Below are positions 15,055 through 30,011 of a DNA stretch of 64,000 nucleotides, one piece after another. Position 1 is the stretch's first letter. Every line of letters begins with the position of its first letter. The DNA lies in the NCBI RefSeq assembly GCF_009914755.1, contig NC_060925.1. One strand, written 5' to 3'. This DNA is from the human T2T-CHM13v2.0 reference genome, Homo sapiens. The notes under the pieces are model-generated. The model saw only the letters and a program-made list of their open reading frames with translations, was not told the DNA's origin and did not search any database. Made by a program: the position numbers and the translations under genes.

Positions 15055-15183
15055 ATTCTAATATTTATTGATGATATGAATATGCCAGTATCAGATATGT
15101 ATGGAGCACAGCCACCCCTGGAATTGATAAGACAATTGTTAGATTTGGGAGGAGTTTATGATACTGAAAAAAATACATGGAAG
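15055..15183 (+). CDS. DNAH14: Exon (129 bp, phase 0-0) with AAA3 Walker B: ILIFIDDMNMPVSDMYGAQPPLELIRQLLDLGGVYDTEKNTWK
   Basis: ctttcttaag| acceptor, AAG|gtacag donor; highly conserved axonemal dynein motif. Confidence 0.96.
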
Positions 15184-15522
15184 GTACAGTATATACTAAG
15201 ATTTTGTTCACATTAAGTATTATTTCTCACACTAAATTAAATGTTTATAACAATGTTGAGTGAATTGCTTGAGAAAGTTAGAAATTCTGGCCATATGGAC
15301 ATGTTAAGCAAAGTTGAGACCCTAAACTAACTATATTAATCATATATTTGCAATGTAGGTCCATAGGTTTATAGAAATCCTACTTTTAATAGGTTTAAAT
15401 CTTAGTAAAAATTGCATGTATGTCCTCAAGATTTGGTTTCTGAGTCAAATAATGCTCATTATTGTTAACTGCATCAGTAGTTAATCAAACTTTTCCATGC
15501 ATCAAATTTTAGTTAGTTGTGA

Positions 15523-16003
<481 letters not shown>

Positions 16004-16566
16004 AGAATGGCTTACTTTTTAAACAAATATAGAAATTCAAATGCACTTTTCTCTCTGTTCAGGTCCTTCTCTGGAAATCATAAGCCCTATATTTCAGAAC
16101 TGACTGCCACTTAAACTTTCTAGGCCTCAGATTCCTCATCTATAAAATTAAGTGGTTGCATTACAAATGGTTTCATGTCTCAGACAAACTTGGGCCCAGG
16201 ATCCTGAATAAGGCAAACTGGCATGTGAGCGCTATCAGGTCAGACGTCAGTCAGACTGAAACAACCCTCAAGCCAAGGCAGAGGGGAAGAATCCAGGTAT
16301 GGCCCACCAGGGATAATCCAGGAGACTAGAAAAAAGAGAAGGCAGGAAATAGGGTCTGGAATGCCCAGCCTGGACAATTCCCTGAACTGACCAGAAAATA
16401 GGTCACAGTAGGTCTTTTATGGGATTGCTGTGGCCTTGAGCCTGGGTATAAGCAGGAACAAAGGCTGGCCATTCTAGAGACACACTCAATTGGCTCTTCT
16501 GATTTCTCACTTATAACCAGAAGCCTCTTTGCTAACCTCAATAACATATTGCTTATTTTTTAATGA

Positions 16567-18898
<2,332 letters not shown>

Positions 18899-19148
18899 AG
18901 GACCATTTCCTGATGACATTTAGAAAGCCTTCAAGAAATAATGTATCTTGAAATTATATTTTAGGATGGGTTATTTCTAAGATAGATTTCTATTACCACT
19001 GTAATCTTTGTTTTTGCAATAAATAGTAATTAAATCTTTTTGTCTAAATGTTTTTAAATGTTTTGTCCAATTTGGGACAGAGACGTAGGTACATACTTCA
19101 CTTCCTACAGATACATTCAGTTACTCTTCCTTTTTATCCTTATCACAG

Positions 19149-19280
19149 AATATTCAAGATCTGTCTATAGTTGCAGCTTGTGTTCCAGTTGTGAATGATA
19201 TCAGCCCACGTCTTCTCAAACACTTTTCCATGCTGGTATTACCTCATCCTTCACAAGACATCTTATGTACTATTTTCCAG
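19149..19280 (+). CDS. DNAH14: Exon (132 bp, phase 0-0): NIQDLSIVAACVPVVNDISPRLLKHFSMLVLPHPSQDILCTIFQ
   Basis: ccttatcacag| acceptor, CAG|gtaaca donor; ISPRLL.HF motif. Confidence 0.94.
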
Positions 19281-19484
19281 GTAACACATCTAGTTCATTT
19301 TCTACTGAAAAAAATTAATTCCCTAGAATAAGGAAAAATACGAGAACTTAAATCCACTAATATTGAAAGAAAATTACTTTAAGGGGATAGATTTTATTTC
19401 CCCGTATGTTTTCTGGCCTATTATAATTTGGTTCTACATATCAAAAGCATAAGTTATTGTGTGTAAAATAAACACTTGTGGTGC

Positions 19485-19600
19485 ATGTCCAATGCACGTT
19501 AAAATGTAGATTTTAGGACTTTATCCTCAGAGATTCTGATCCAGTATATCTGGCCTGGCATGTAGGAATCTGCATTTTTAACACACATACCCTGATTTTT
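19485..19600. mobile_element. MER5A-like hAT-Charlie fragment
   Basis: ttaaaatgtagatt...cagagattctgat...ggaatctgcattttaaca. Confidence 0.55.
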
Positions 19601-20319
19601 GCCAGAATTGATTTGCTCTTTTCATTTTCTTATGGAATAAAAAAATGCTACACAAACTATTACCTTGGTCCCAGTTGGCATACAGGTAGACTTTCTTCTA
19701 AAACAGGATTTTTTTTCAGGTGCGAACTATTTACCAACTGTATCAGAATTACCAAGTGCTTTTTGAAAACTTGAGTTTAAAAATGAATCTTTAAATTTTA
19801 TATTAAAGAAGAAAACAAGATTCATGTTGATGAATTTCCTAATCTTGCTTAAGATTTATTTTTCTAGTCACACTAGATTTCAAGTTGAGTCATCTTTCCA
19901 GTAAGATACTTCAGAATTTTTCGAAGAATGTATACCTGTATCGTCAGTCCAGACTGAGGTAATAGTTTTGTCAGTTTACACTTCCCATAACATCTCCTGG
20001 AGAGCAAGGAGATGAAAGAATTCCCAGCACACCTGGTATATACAGAGGTGAAGCATAAATTGTCCCCAGAAAAAATGTATCACATCCTTTTAGACCATTC
20101 AAGAGACTAGCACCAAGTGGAATTTTCTCCAGTTTGCAACCCCTAGAGTGTTTTGTTTTTACTAATCTACCATCCTATGTTAAATGGATTTTAATTTTAA
20201 CATTTAATGAAATTAATCCTCCATTATAGTACACAAGTCCGCTTTTTAGTGGAAGGTAGCCAGAAGTAGTCTATACCTCAAATTTTTGGCAAGCTAAATT
20301 ATAACATTTCTTTTTAAAG

Positions 20320-20487
20320 GCTCATTTGGGAATTTATTTCTCCATCAATAACTTCACACCTGAAGTTCAGAAAAGTAAGGATCAGATAATATCTTGTTCC
20401 CTAGCTATATACCATCAAGTACGTCAGAATATGTTACCAACTCCAACAAAATGTCACTACATGTTTAATCTTCGAGATATGTTTAAG
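20320..20487 (+). CDS. DNAH14: Exon (168 bp, phase 0-0): AHLGIYFSINNF...MLPTPTKCHYMFNLRDMFK
   Basis: tttttaaag| acceptor, AAG|gtttgt donor; LPTP.K.HY.FNLRD motif of the AAA3 small domain. Confidence 0.95.
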
Positions 20488-21368
20488 GTTTGTTTTAATG
20501 TTCATTCTCTAGTTTATTTTTTAAATATAAGTTGCTCTCTCTCATACTGTCAACATTAGATTGTTAGAAGGGGAAAAAAGGGAAATGAATGTTGGTTAGT
20601 TTTGCTATTAGCAGCTTATCTCATGAGTTAGTTGAAGAAAAAATTGTTAAAATAATTCCGTGCAAATAATTCAATGATGAAATCCCTAAGAGTGTTAGAA
20701 TATTGGCTAAGATCCTCAGCAGAGAAATAAGTGACAAGGTTATAACATAGATTTGGTGTTTGCTTTATTTCTGAGATTTTATTGTGGCTGTCAGAAAATG
20801 AAAGCATGTATGCATTTCATAAACATGCTTGAATTTTAACAGATTTTGCCAACAGTGCTGACTTAGTTATCAGCCATGGCCAAATAATTTTCAAAATTGA
20901 AATGTTAAGAAAATCAATTCTTGAATTTGATACCTTTCTCCCCTAACTGTGGGACTTTAGCCCTAAATAGCACATGTAATCTGTGAAATGGGCTATAACA
21001 TTTTTAATCCAAATTTAGAATGTTAAAACATATAAACATTAGGAAGTACCTCAGTATCACGTGCAACACCCTGCCTCCATGTTAGCACTGTAGTCGAGAC
21101 TCCCATCCTAGCAAGGCCTCCATTAGATGTGGCTGAGGAGTCCCCAAGTCCCCCTCCCTCTAAGAGTGATTCCATACCAATTTTCCCTATCTTATCACTT
21201 TCCCATCTCATCAAAGCTTCAGATTATCACTTGTAGAAATTCACAATTCTTACCTTGGATAATTGCTTCTATTTTTATGGATCATAAACCTGCAAAAATT
21301 GAGCCTTCGCTTCACATACTACCCTGCTAATTTTTTTTAAAAAAACGTTATTTTTAAATCCCTAACAG

Positions 21369-21539
21369 CTTCTCCTAGGATTGCTGCAAGCTGACAGGAC
21401 TGTTGTTAACTCCAAAGAGATGGCTGCTCTGCTCTTTGTTCATGAAGCCACCCGAGTATTTCACGATCGCTTAATTGATTTCACTGATAAAAGCCTTTTC
21501 TATCGGTTGCTTTCAAGGGAACTTGAGAACTGTTTTCAG
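21369..21539 (+). CDS. DNAH14: Exon (171 bp, phase 0-0): [57 protein letters not shown]
   Basis: cctaacag| acceptor, CAG|gtaaat donor; HE..RVF.DRL motif. Confidence 0.95.
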
Positions 21540-21564
21540 GTAAATTTATATTTTAAAAATTATT

Positions 21565-21870
21565 GGCCGGGTGTGGTGGCTTACGCCTGTAATCCCAGCA
21601 CTTTGGGAGGCCGAAGCGGGCAGATCACGAGGTCAGGAGATTGAGACCATCCTGGCTAACACGTGAAACCCCGTGTCTACTAAAAATACAAAAAAATTAG
21701 CCGGGCGTGGTGATGGGCGCCTGTAGTCCCAGCTACTCGGGAGGCTGAGGCGGAGAATGGCGTGAACCCGGGAGGCGGAGCTTGCAGTGAGCCGATGAGC
21801 CGAGATCGCACCAGTGCAGTCCAGCCTGGGCGACAGAGCGAGACTCCGTCTCAAAACAAAACAAAACAAA
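21565..21870 (+). mobile_element. AluY, 25 bp downstream of an exon donor
   Basis: AluY diagnostics (accatcctggctaacac, gagcttgcag), (AAAAC)n tail, TSD aaaaatt(a/g)tt. Confidence 0.95.
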
Positions 21871-22394
21871 ATTGTTTTAAGTGGATTATTGGGCAAAAAA
21901 TGTTGTTTCATGAAAGTCCTCAAAAATTTATATAATACTGAAAGAAATGTAATTTTATTAACAATTCCATTTCCACTTGAAAATGTCTAAAACTATAGAT
22001 ATGCTGGAGAGGATAAAATCATCATTGATGCCTTTGCCCATGCTTTTGGCCCCTTAGCAACCTCAAAACTGTTCATTTTTCTCCAGGACTCACAGAACTG
22101 TCCACTGTCTTGATACCTCAACAAGACTCCTCATCCTTCTCCGTCTCTTTGAACTTTAGTTTTCTTACTGCCTGTCTTTTAATCTAGGTCACAAAGGAAA
22201 GTGTTTCAATAAACTGATCACACTAAAAGAATGTGACTGAATGGAGCAGTGATCTAGGCTCCATTACTAGAATTTTTTGCCGTCTCCTTTCAAGAGAATT
22301 AAGGAGAACATTTCCTTCCCAAAGGTGGACTCTTTTCTTTTTCTGTCTTCTCTGGTGGTGCCAACTTCATTCTTCTCATTAACAGAAGCCCAGG

Positions 22395-22992
<598 letters not shown>

Positions 22993-23324
22993 TAAAGAGA
23001 GCTTATTACTATCTTGGGAGAAGTTCCCAAACTCCCTATAAATGCCAACCATAATTCAGTTTTGAGACTTAACCAGACTAAGAAATAGATATAGAGGCAG
23101 TAGAAAATGAGCAAGCAAATACTTACGGAATTGGGTCCTGCCCTAGCAGGGGTCAGTCCTATGGACAGCAAAGGCAACTACAGTACCCCAAATTCAAGAC
23201 CATATGGACCAAATCTTTCTTAAGGATGTAAGGATTTAAATTATTCCTGTGAGAATTTCAGTTTATACAATATCACTTAATCGGTCAGTTGATTGACTTA
23301 AAAAAAATAAAACTCTAATAGTTA

Positions 23325-23545
23325 ATACAATGTGCCAAGCACAGTGTTAAGACATATCATTACTCACTTTACATATCATTATTCACTTTAATCTTAATTC
23401 ATAACACCCTATGATATAGGTCCTGTTATTATCCTGATTTTACAGATGAAGAAACCGAGCAGAGTAAGATTAAGATCTCACCTAAGGTCACCCTGCTAGT
23501 TAAGTGGTGGAGTCATTATTCAAACCTAGGATATCTAATGACATA
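23325..23545 (-). mobile_element. MIR
   Basis: attttacagatgaagaaaccgag...aaggtcac...ctagttaagtgg MIR core reversed. Confidence 0.8.
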
Positions 23546-23574
23546 TATTTTCGAATTATCATACCATACCACCC

Positions 23575-23925
23575 CTCAATCTTCATTTAGCCATTTGCGA
23601 AACAAACATCTTCTAAATGCCTATCAGGAATTCCCAGTGCCAGATAGCAAGTGGGATAAGTGCTGAGGACTACCTAGGACTAGTATGGACCCTGCCTCCA
23701 AGCACATTACAACCTAAGAAGTGCAATGCATTTCTGTCAGTGCTATAACGTCAGTGCTGTGACAGACCTATGCACACAATATAGTGGTGGAACAAAGGAG
23801 GAAGGAGTAATTTATTCTACCTGATTTTAGGGGAGAGGGAGATGGTCAGACTTCAAATAAGAGGTAGCCCATGACCTTGGTGTGAAAGATAAGCAAGAAT
23901 TTGCCAAGTAAACCAGGAAAGGACA
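23575..23925 (-). mobile_element. L2 fragment
   Basis: tggaccctgcctccaagcacattacaaccta and neighbouring text resemble reversed L2 3' region. Confidence 0.5.
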
Positions 23926-24012
23926 TGTGGAAACTTGCAGAACTGTAGTGGTAAACTAAGGGAAGATTCTTTTTCTCAGACTGTTGCTGGAACTACAAGA
24001 TATTTCTAGCAA

Positions 24013-24212
24013 CAGGAGTTCTTAACCTGGGATCCACAGACCCTCAAAGCGTTCTTAAATAAAACCATATTCTAATATATTTGGGGGTTTTTGGTAACCC
24101 TTATATTTTGATATATGCATTTTAAAATATTATTTTGAGAAAGAGTCCACAGGCTTTCTAAACCTTTATAAACCAAGAGGAGTTTATAGCACAAAAAAAG
24201 TTAAGAACACAT
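24013..24212. mobile_element. Short hAT-Charlie-like non-autonomous DNA transposon
   Basis: Imperfect terminal inverted repeats caggagttcttaacct ... aagttaagaacacatt. Confidence 0.5.
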
Positions 24213-24327
24213 TAGTCCTAGATCCACTGTGCCAGGAGCTTCTCCAACACAGATATATGCTGTGAGTTTTGATAACAAGTAGAATTGTGCTATTAATGGA
24301 TAGTGTTAAATTCTTATCTTACAATAG

Positions 24328-24495
24328 ATTCAGTGGACCCAAGAAAACCTGATGAATCACTCAACTGTATTTTTGGACTTCTTGGATATAAACAAGACTC
24401 ATAGAAAAAAGATTTATCAGAATACCAGTGACTATAATAAACTTGCCAGTGTACTTGATGAATTCCAAATGAAGTTGGGTTCAATTTCTTTGGAG
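24328..24495 (+). CDS. DNAH14: Exon (168 bp, phase 0-0): IQWTQENLMNHSTVFLDFLDINKTHRKKIYQNTSDYNKLASVLDEFQMKLGSISLE
   Basis: acaatag| acceptor (in-frame alternative AG 6 nt downstream), GAG|gtaaac donor; F.DF...Y motif. Confidence 0.9.
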
Positions 24496-24598
24496 GTAAA
24501 CATATATACTATATAAAAATCTGAGGAGTGCTATATATGTATATATTTATTTATTTTTACATACAAACATCTATGTATATCAAATCAGTATTTTTAAG

Positions 24599-24658
24599 GG
24601 GTGTGTGTGTTTGTGTGTGAGAGAGAGCAAGAGAGAAAAAGAGAGAGAGAGGGAGAGA
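24599..24658. repeat. (GT)n(GA)n compound microsatellite
   Basis: Direct inspection. Confidence 0.85.
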
Positions 24659-25029
24659 TCAGGGGAAAATGCTTACCTTCATATTTTAAAGCAGAACATT
24701 AGAAGTACAGTTTTATGTTATTTCATCTTATTTGTCTCATTTGATAGGGTATAATTTTAAAGACAAGGTACACAACTGAGGTTATAGGAAGTTGAATGAA
24801 TAGAGTTCATGAAGATAAATGCAAAACAGAGTGTAGCAACAGGGTCCAAAGTAGCAACAAAGGACAGCAAAGTGGTTGTGGCTCTTTACATCTTTCCCAT
24901 TGTTGTGGGCAAAGATGTGTTGGAACAGAGACACCAACAAAACCACATACACTGTAAACCAATTTTCTGCATCTCTTTCTCCTACCACTTATCCTACTTG
25001 CCAAGACAGAACAATAGAAAAGCAACCTG

Positions 25030-25333
<304 letters not shown>

Positions 25334-25573
25334 AAAAGAAAAATAAGAAGAAGAAAAAGGAAGGAAGGAAGGAAGGAAGGAAGGAAGGAAGGAAGGAAGG
25401 AAGGAAGGAAGGGAGGAAGGAAGGGAGGGAGGGAGGGAGGGAGGGAGGGAGGGAGGGAGGAAGGGGAAAGGAAGGGAAGGAAAGGAAAGGAAAGAAGGAA
25501 GAGAAGGGGGAAATGGCAAGGGGGGAGGGGGAAAGGGGGAGGGGGGGAGGGGGACGGGGAAGGGGGAAGGGAG
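25334..25573 (+). repeat. Polypurine tract (GGAA)n/(GGGA)n/G-runs derived from the Alu tail
   Basis: About 240 bp almost entirely purine. Confidence 0.92.
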
Positions 25574-25839
25574 CCTAAATACTATTGTTTGCCTCTTCAT
25601 TCTCTTCTCTCAATTCTACCACCACCCTTCTAATCTACTCACAAGAACATTAGCATAGGGACAATCCTTATTGCACAAATTTACTTTCCCTAAATGTTAA
25701 TGATAACCAGCTTACTAGATCTAGAGCTCTGGATTACTAGTTATTCTCCTTTCTGTAAGTAAATTGTATGTAAAACCACAATGCACGTTTGATTTTTCTG
25801 TACCTATAATCCATTTATTTGTCACATTTGATCTGCTAG

Positions 25840-25932
25840 CTTTCTCATTCCATGGTGTTCTTCAAGGAAGCCATAGAACACATCATAAGAGCAACAAGGG
25901 TTCTTCGACAACCAGGGAGTCACATGTTACTG
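25840..25932 (+). CDS. DNAH14: Exon (93 bp, phase 0-0): LSHSMVFFKEAIEHIIRATRVLRQPGSHMLL
   Basis: ctgctag| acceptor, CTG|gtagga donor; V.F..AI.H..R..RVL.QP.GH.LL motif at the start of AAA4. Confidence 0.94.
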
Positions 25933-26684
25933 GTAGGAATTTAAATTTTTCAAGTGGTTTTAAGTTTACAAAATAAAATAAATCCCAATAAAATCTACTG
26001 TACTTACAGAAGTTTTATTTAGCCACACTTTGTGAAAAATCACAATAACTGAGTCATAGGGCAGGACTCTTGTCCTCTCTGCAGTTTGCATATGAAATCT
26101 GTCAGCAAATAAAAATGGTATTTGTTTTTGGAAGGCACTTGATGTGAATAAAACTGCACCATTTCTAGTGTTCGCAGCATTAATACAGTAGCTGTGCAGA
26201 TGGATCCTGACTTCAAAAATAGTGCGCTTACTTGATTATTGATTTAGAAATGTGAGCTTTTGCACAATGTTTTGCTTCTCATGAGAACAAGCGGGAGTTA
26301 AAATCTTGGAAAATTCCCCAATATACTTTGAATAGAGAAAATCTTTTGGAAAATTAGCTAAAATTCAACATATTTAGCCAATTACATAAAGCATATTAAT
26401 TATTTTTATTTAATTTATTATTTATGACTAGTTGTTTATTTTATACTTTATTTATAACTGTTTGGTTAATTTGTGCACTTTTCTCAAAAAGAATTTTTTT
26501 TATTCAGAACAGCTAGAGCTTTATTTAAACACTTATTTAAACTTGTGTTTAAATAAAACACAAGTTTTATTTAAACAGACATATGCAACAAGATTAATTA
26601 AAAGGAACTAAAAACTGGAAAATAGAATCAAGAAAAAAATATGAAGCAAATCTTTCTAACACCAAAACTATTCTTTTACTAACC

Positions 26685-27140
26685 TAACTCATAAATGGTA
26701 TCACCATATATCCACTGGTCTAGTCAGAAACCTGGGAGTCACTCAGTTTTGTCACTTTTTCATCACTTGTCACATTCAATTCATCAAGAAGCCCTGGTGA
26801 TACAACTTGAAAAATGTATTTCAAACCTGCATATTTCTCTGCATCTCCACAGCCACCACGCTATTTAAGCCACTGTTATCATCACCTGGACCACTGTGGT
26901 TTTCTCTGTTCCCTAACGCACCTCTTTTCTTCCCCTCAGTCCCTATTAGTCTGTCTCCTTATTCTGCTTTATTTTTCTTTCTGGTCCTTAGCCTTATCTT
27001 ATATAATATTACACATTAATTTTTCATTTATAATCATCTGTCTCCACATTTAGAACATAAGCTCTACAAGGGCTATGATTTTTGTCTGTCTTATTTCAAT
27101 TATTAACAGATTATTTTTCTATTCCTAAAGTGTATATGCT
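26685..27140 (+). mobile_element. L2 fragment
   Basis: taaatggtatcaccatatatccac...cagaaacctgggagtca; tagaacataagctctacaagggc. Confidence 0.65.
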
Positions 27141-27404
27141 CTGTTTAGTTATTTTACCACAGTGACTCTTTTCTTTAGCATGTCTTTTCTAGCAAGAGGT
27201 ACATTTACCTATTGCTCAATTCTAAAATGCCTGAGAATGTATTCAGAGCAGTTTTCAAAAGCCTACACTCAACTGGAATCTGGCCTTAATAGTTTCTCTG
27301 TAGATGTGTTATCACAAACCTATCTTCCCTCTCAGAGCCCCTATTAAAAATAGAAGGTAAAACATGGCAAATTCCTGATTCCTCTGATCCTATTACTGTT
27401 GGGG

Positions 27405-27818
<414 letters not shown>

Positions 27819-28748
27819 TAACAGTAATTTAACTGAAGGCTAGTCTAGCATGTGGAGCTTCTGCAGGGAGAAGCAACTGGAGGGAGTGTAATGACTTAAT
27901 TAAGAATATTTAAGACAGAGAATAAATAATAAAATAATGGTTATCTAGATTGGACAGTTCAAATGAGATCAGTTTAATTCAGTAAAAAAGTAAAAGAAGA
28001 AATTGTACATGAATTTTAAAAGTAAATATTACATAGTTCAATTGGATTACATTGTTGAACTACCAGAACTACCAGAGGAAAACAAGAAAACTAATATTAA
28101 TTAGTATTTCAATTTAAGGCATTGGTTTAAAAGATTATTGCATACAATCTGTCACATAAATGTTCAGTTTTTAACAAAAATTACAAGACATGAAAACAGA
28201 TAGGGAAGTGTGAGCTATACATGGGGAGAAAAAGTAGTTAATAGGAACTGTCTTGAAGGGGATCCAGATGTTGGGCTTGGCAGATATCCGAAATACAGCT
28301 CTTGTAAATATACTCAAAAAGCCTAAAGGAAAATATATATTATTATTTATATTAATATATAAATTAAAGGAAAGCATACAAAAATGACTCTTCAAATAGA
28401 GAATACCAATAAAGGGATATAAATTATTTTACAAATTGGAATGTCTGGGATTCAAAATTAAAATAAATGAGATGAAAACTTCACTAGAGGAGCTCAACAG
28501 CAGATTTAACATGGCAGAAAAGAGAATCCACAAACTTAAAAATAGATCTATAAAATTTATCTACACTGAACAAGAGAAAGAAAAAAAATGAAGAAAAAGA
28601 ACATCAAAGACCTAAAAGACACTATCAAGTGTATCAAAATATGCTTAATGGGGCTCCCAGAAAGAGAAGAAATAGAAGGGGGCAGAAAAGATTTCATAGA
28701 AATAATGCCCCAATACATTAATCTTCACATCCAAGAAGTTCAATCACA

Positions 28749-29067
<319 letters not shown>

Positions 29068-29494
29068 TCAAGAAAGTCTAAGAAGAGTAAGCACAAGTAG
29101 ATTAAAGTAGATTAACACCTAGACACATCATAGTCAACCATTCAAAGACAAAGAGAAAATCATGAAGGCAGCAAGAGAAAAACAACTTCTTATGTACTAG
29201 GAATTCTCAATAAGATTTACAGCTGACTTCTTATCAGACACAATGGAGAACAGAAGGCATTGGAGCAGCATATTCAAAGATAAAAGGAGGAAAAACCTCA
29301 AAAATTTTATGTTCAAGAAAACTATTTTAAAAATGAAATAAAGATATTTCCAGATAAACAGCTCTGATAATTTGTTACAGAAAATACTAAAGTAAATTTT
29401 TAGGGTGAGGGTGAAAGACACTGATGGTAACTTAAATCCTTGTGAAGAATAATGAGCACCAATAAGAGCAATTACATAGGTAAATATAGGGCCA

Positions 29495-30011
29495 TGTGTT
29501 CATTTTTTACTGCCTATGAAACACATTGCAAATATGGCAACTTAAATTTATTATCTTACAGTTTTGCAGGTCAGAAGTATGACATGAACCCACTGGGCCA
29601 AAATTAAGGTATAGGTATGACTGCATTACTTTCTGGAGGCTCTAAGGGAGAATCTGTTCCTTTTCTTTTACTAGCTTCTAGAGTCTTTCTGGATCCCTTG
29701 GCTCATAACTGCCTTTATCCATCTGTAAAGCCAGCAACATCACATCTCTTTGACCCTTCATCAGTCATAACATCTCTCTCTCTCTCTCTGATCAAAGCCA
29801 GGAAAGATTCTCTGCTTTCAAGGACTGATGTGATTTAGACTGGGCCCAGCCAGATAATCTAGGATGATCTCACCATTTTAAGGTCTTTAATCTTAATCAT
29901 GTCTGCAAAGTCTCTTGCCATGTAATATAACATATTCATTGGTTCCAGAGATCATAATGGGGACATATTTGTGGGGAATGGGGGTGGCAGATGCATTATT
30001 CTGCCTACCAC
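29495..30011 (-). mobile_element. MLT1 (MaLR) solo LTR
   Basis: Ends cattattctgcctaccaca (reverse of TGTGGTAGGCAGAATAATG); tttattatcttacagttttgcaggtcagaagt. Confidence 0.75.
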
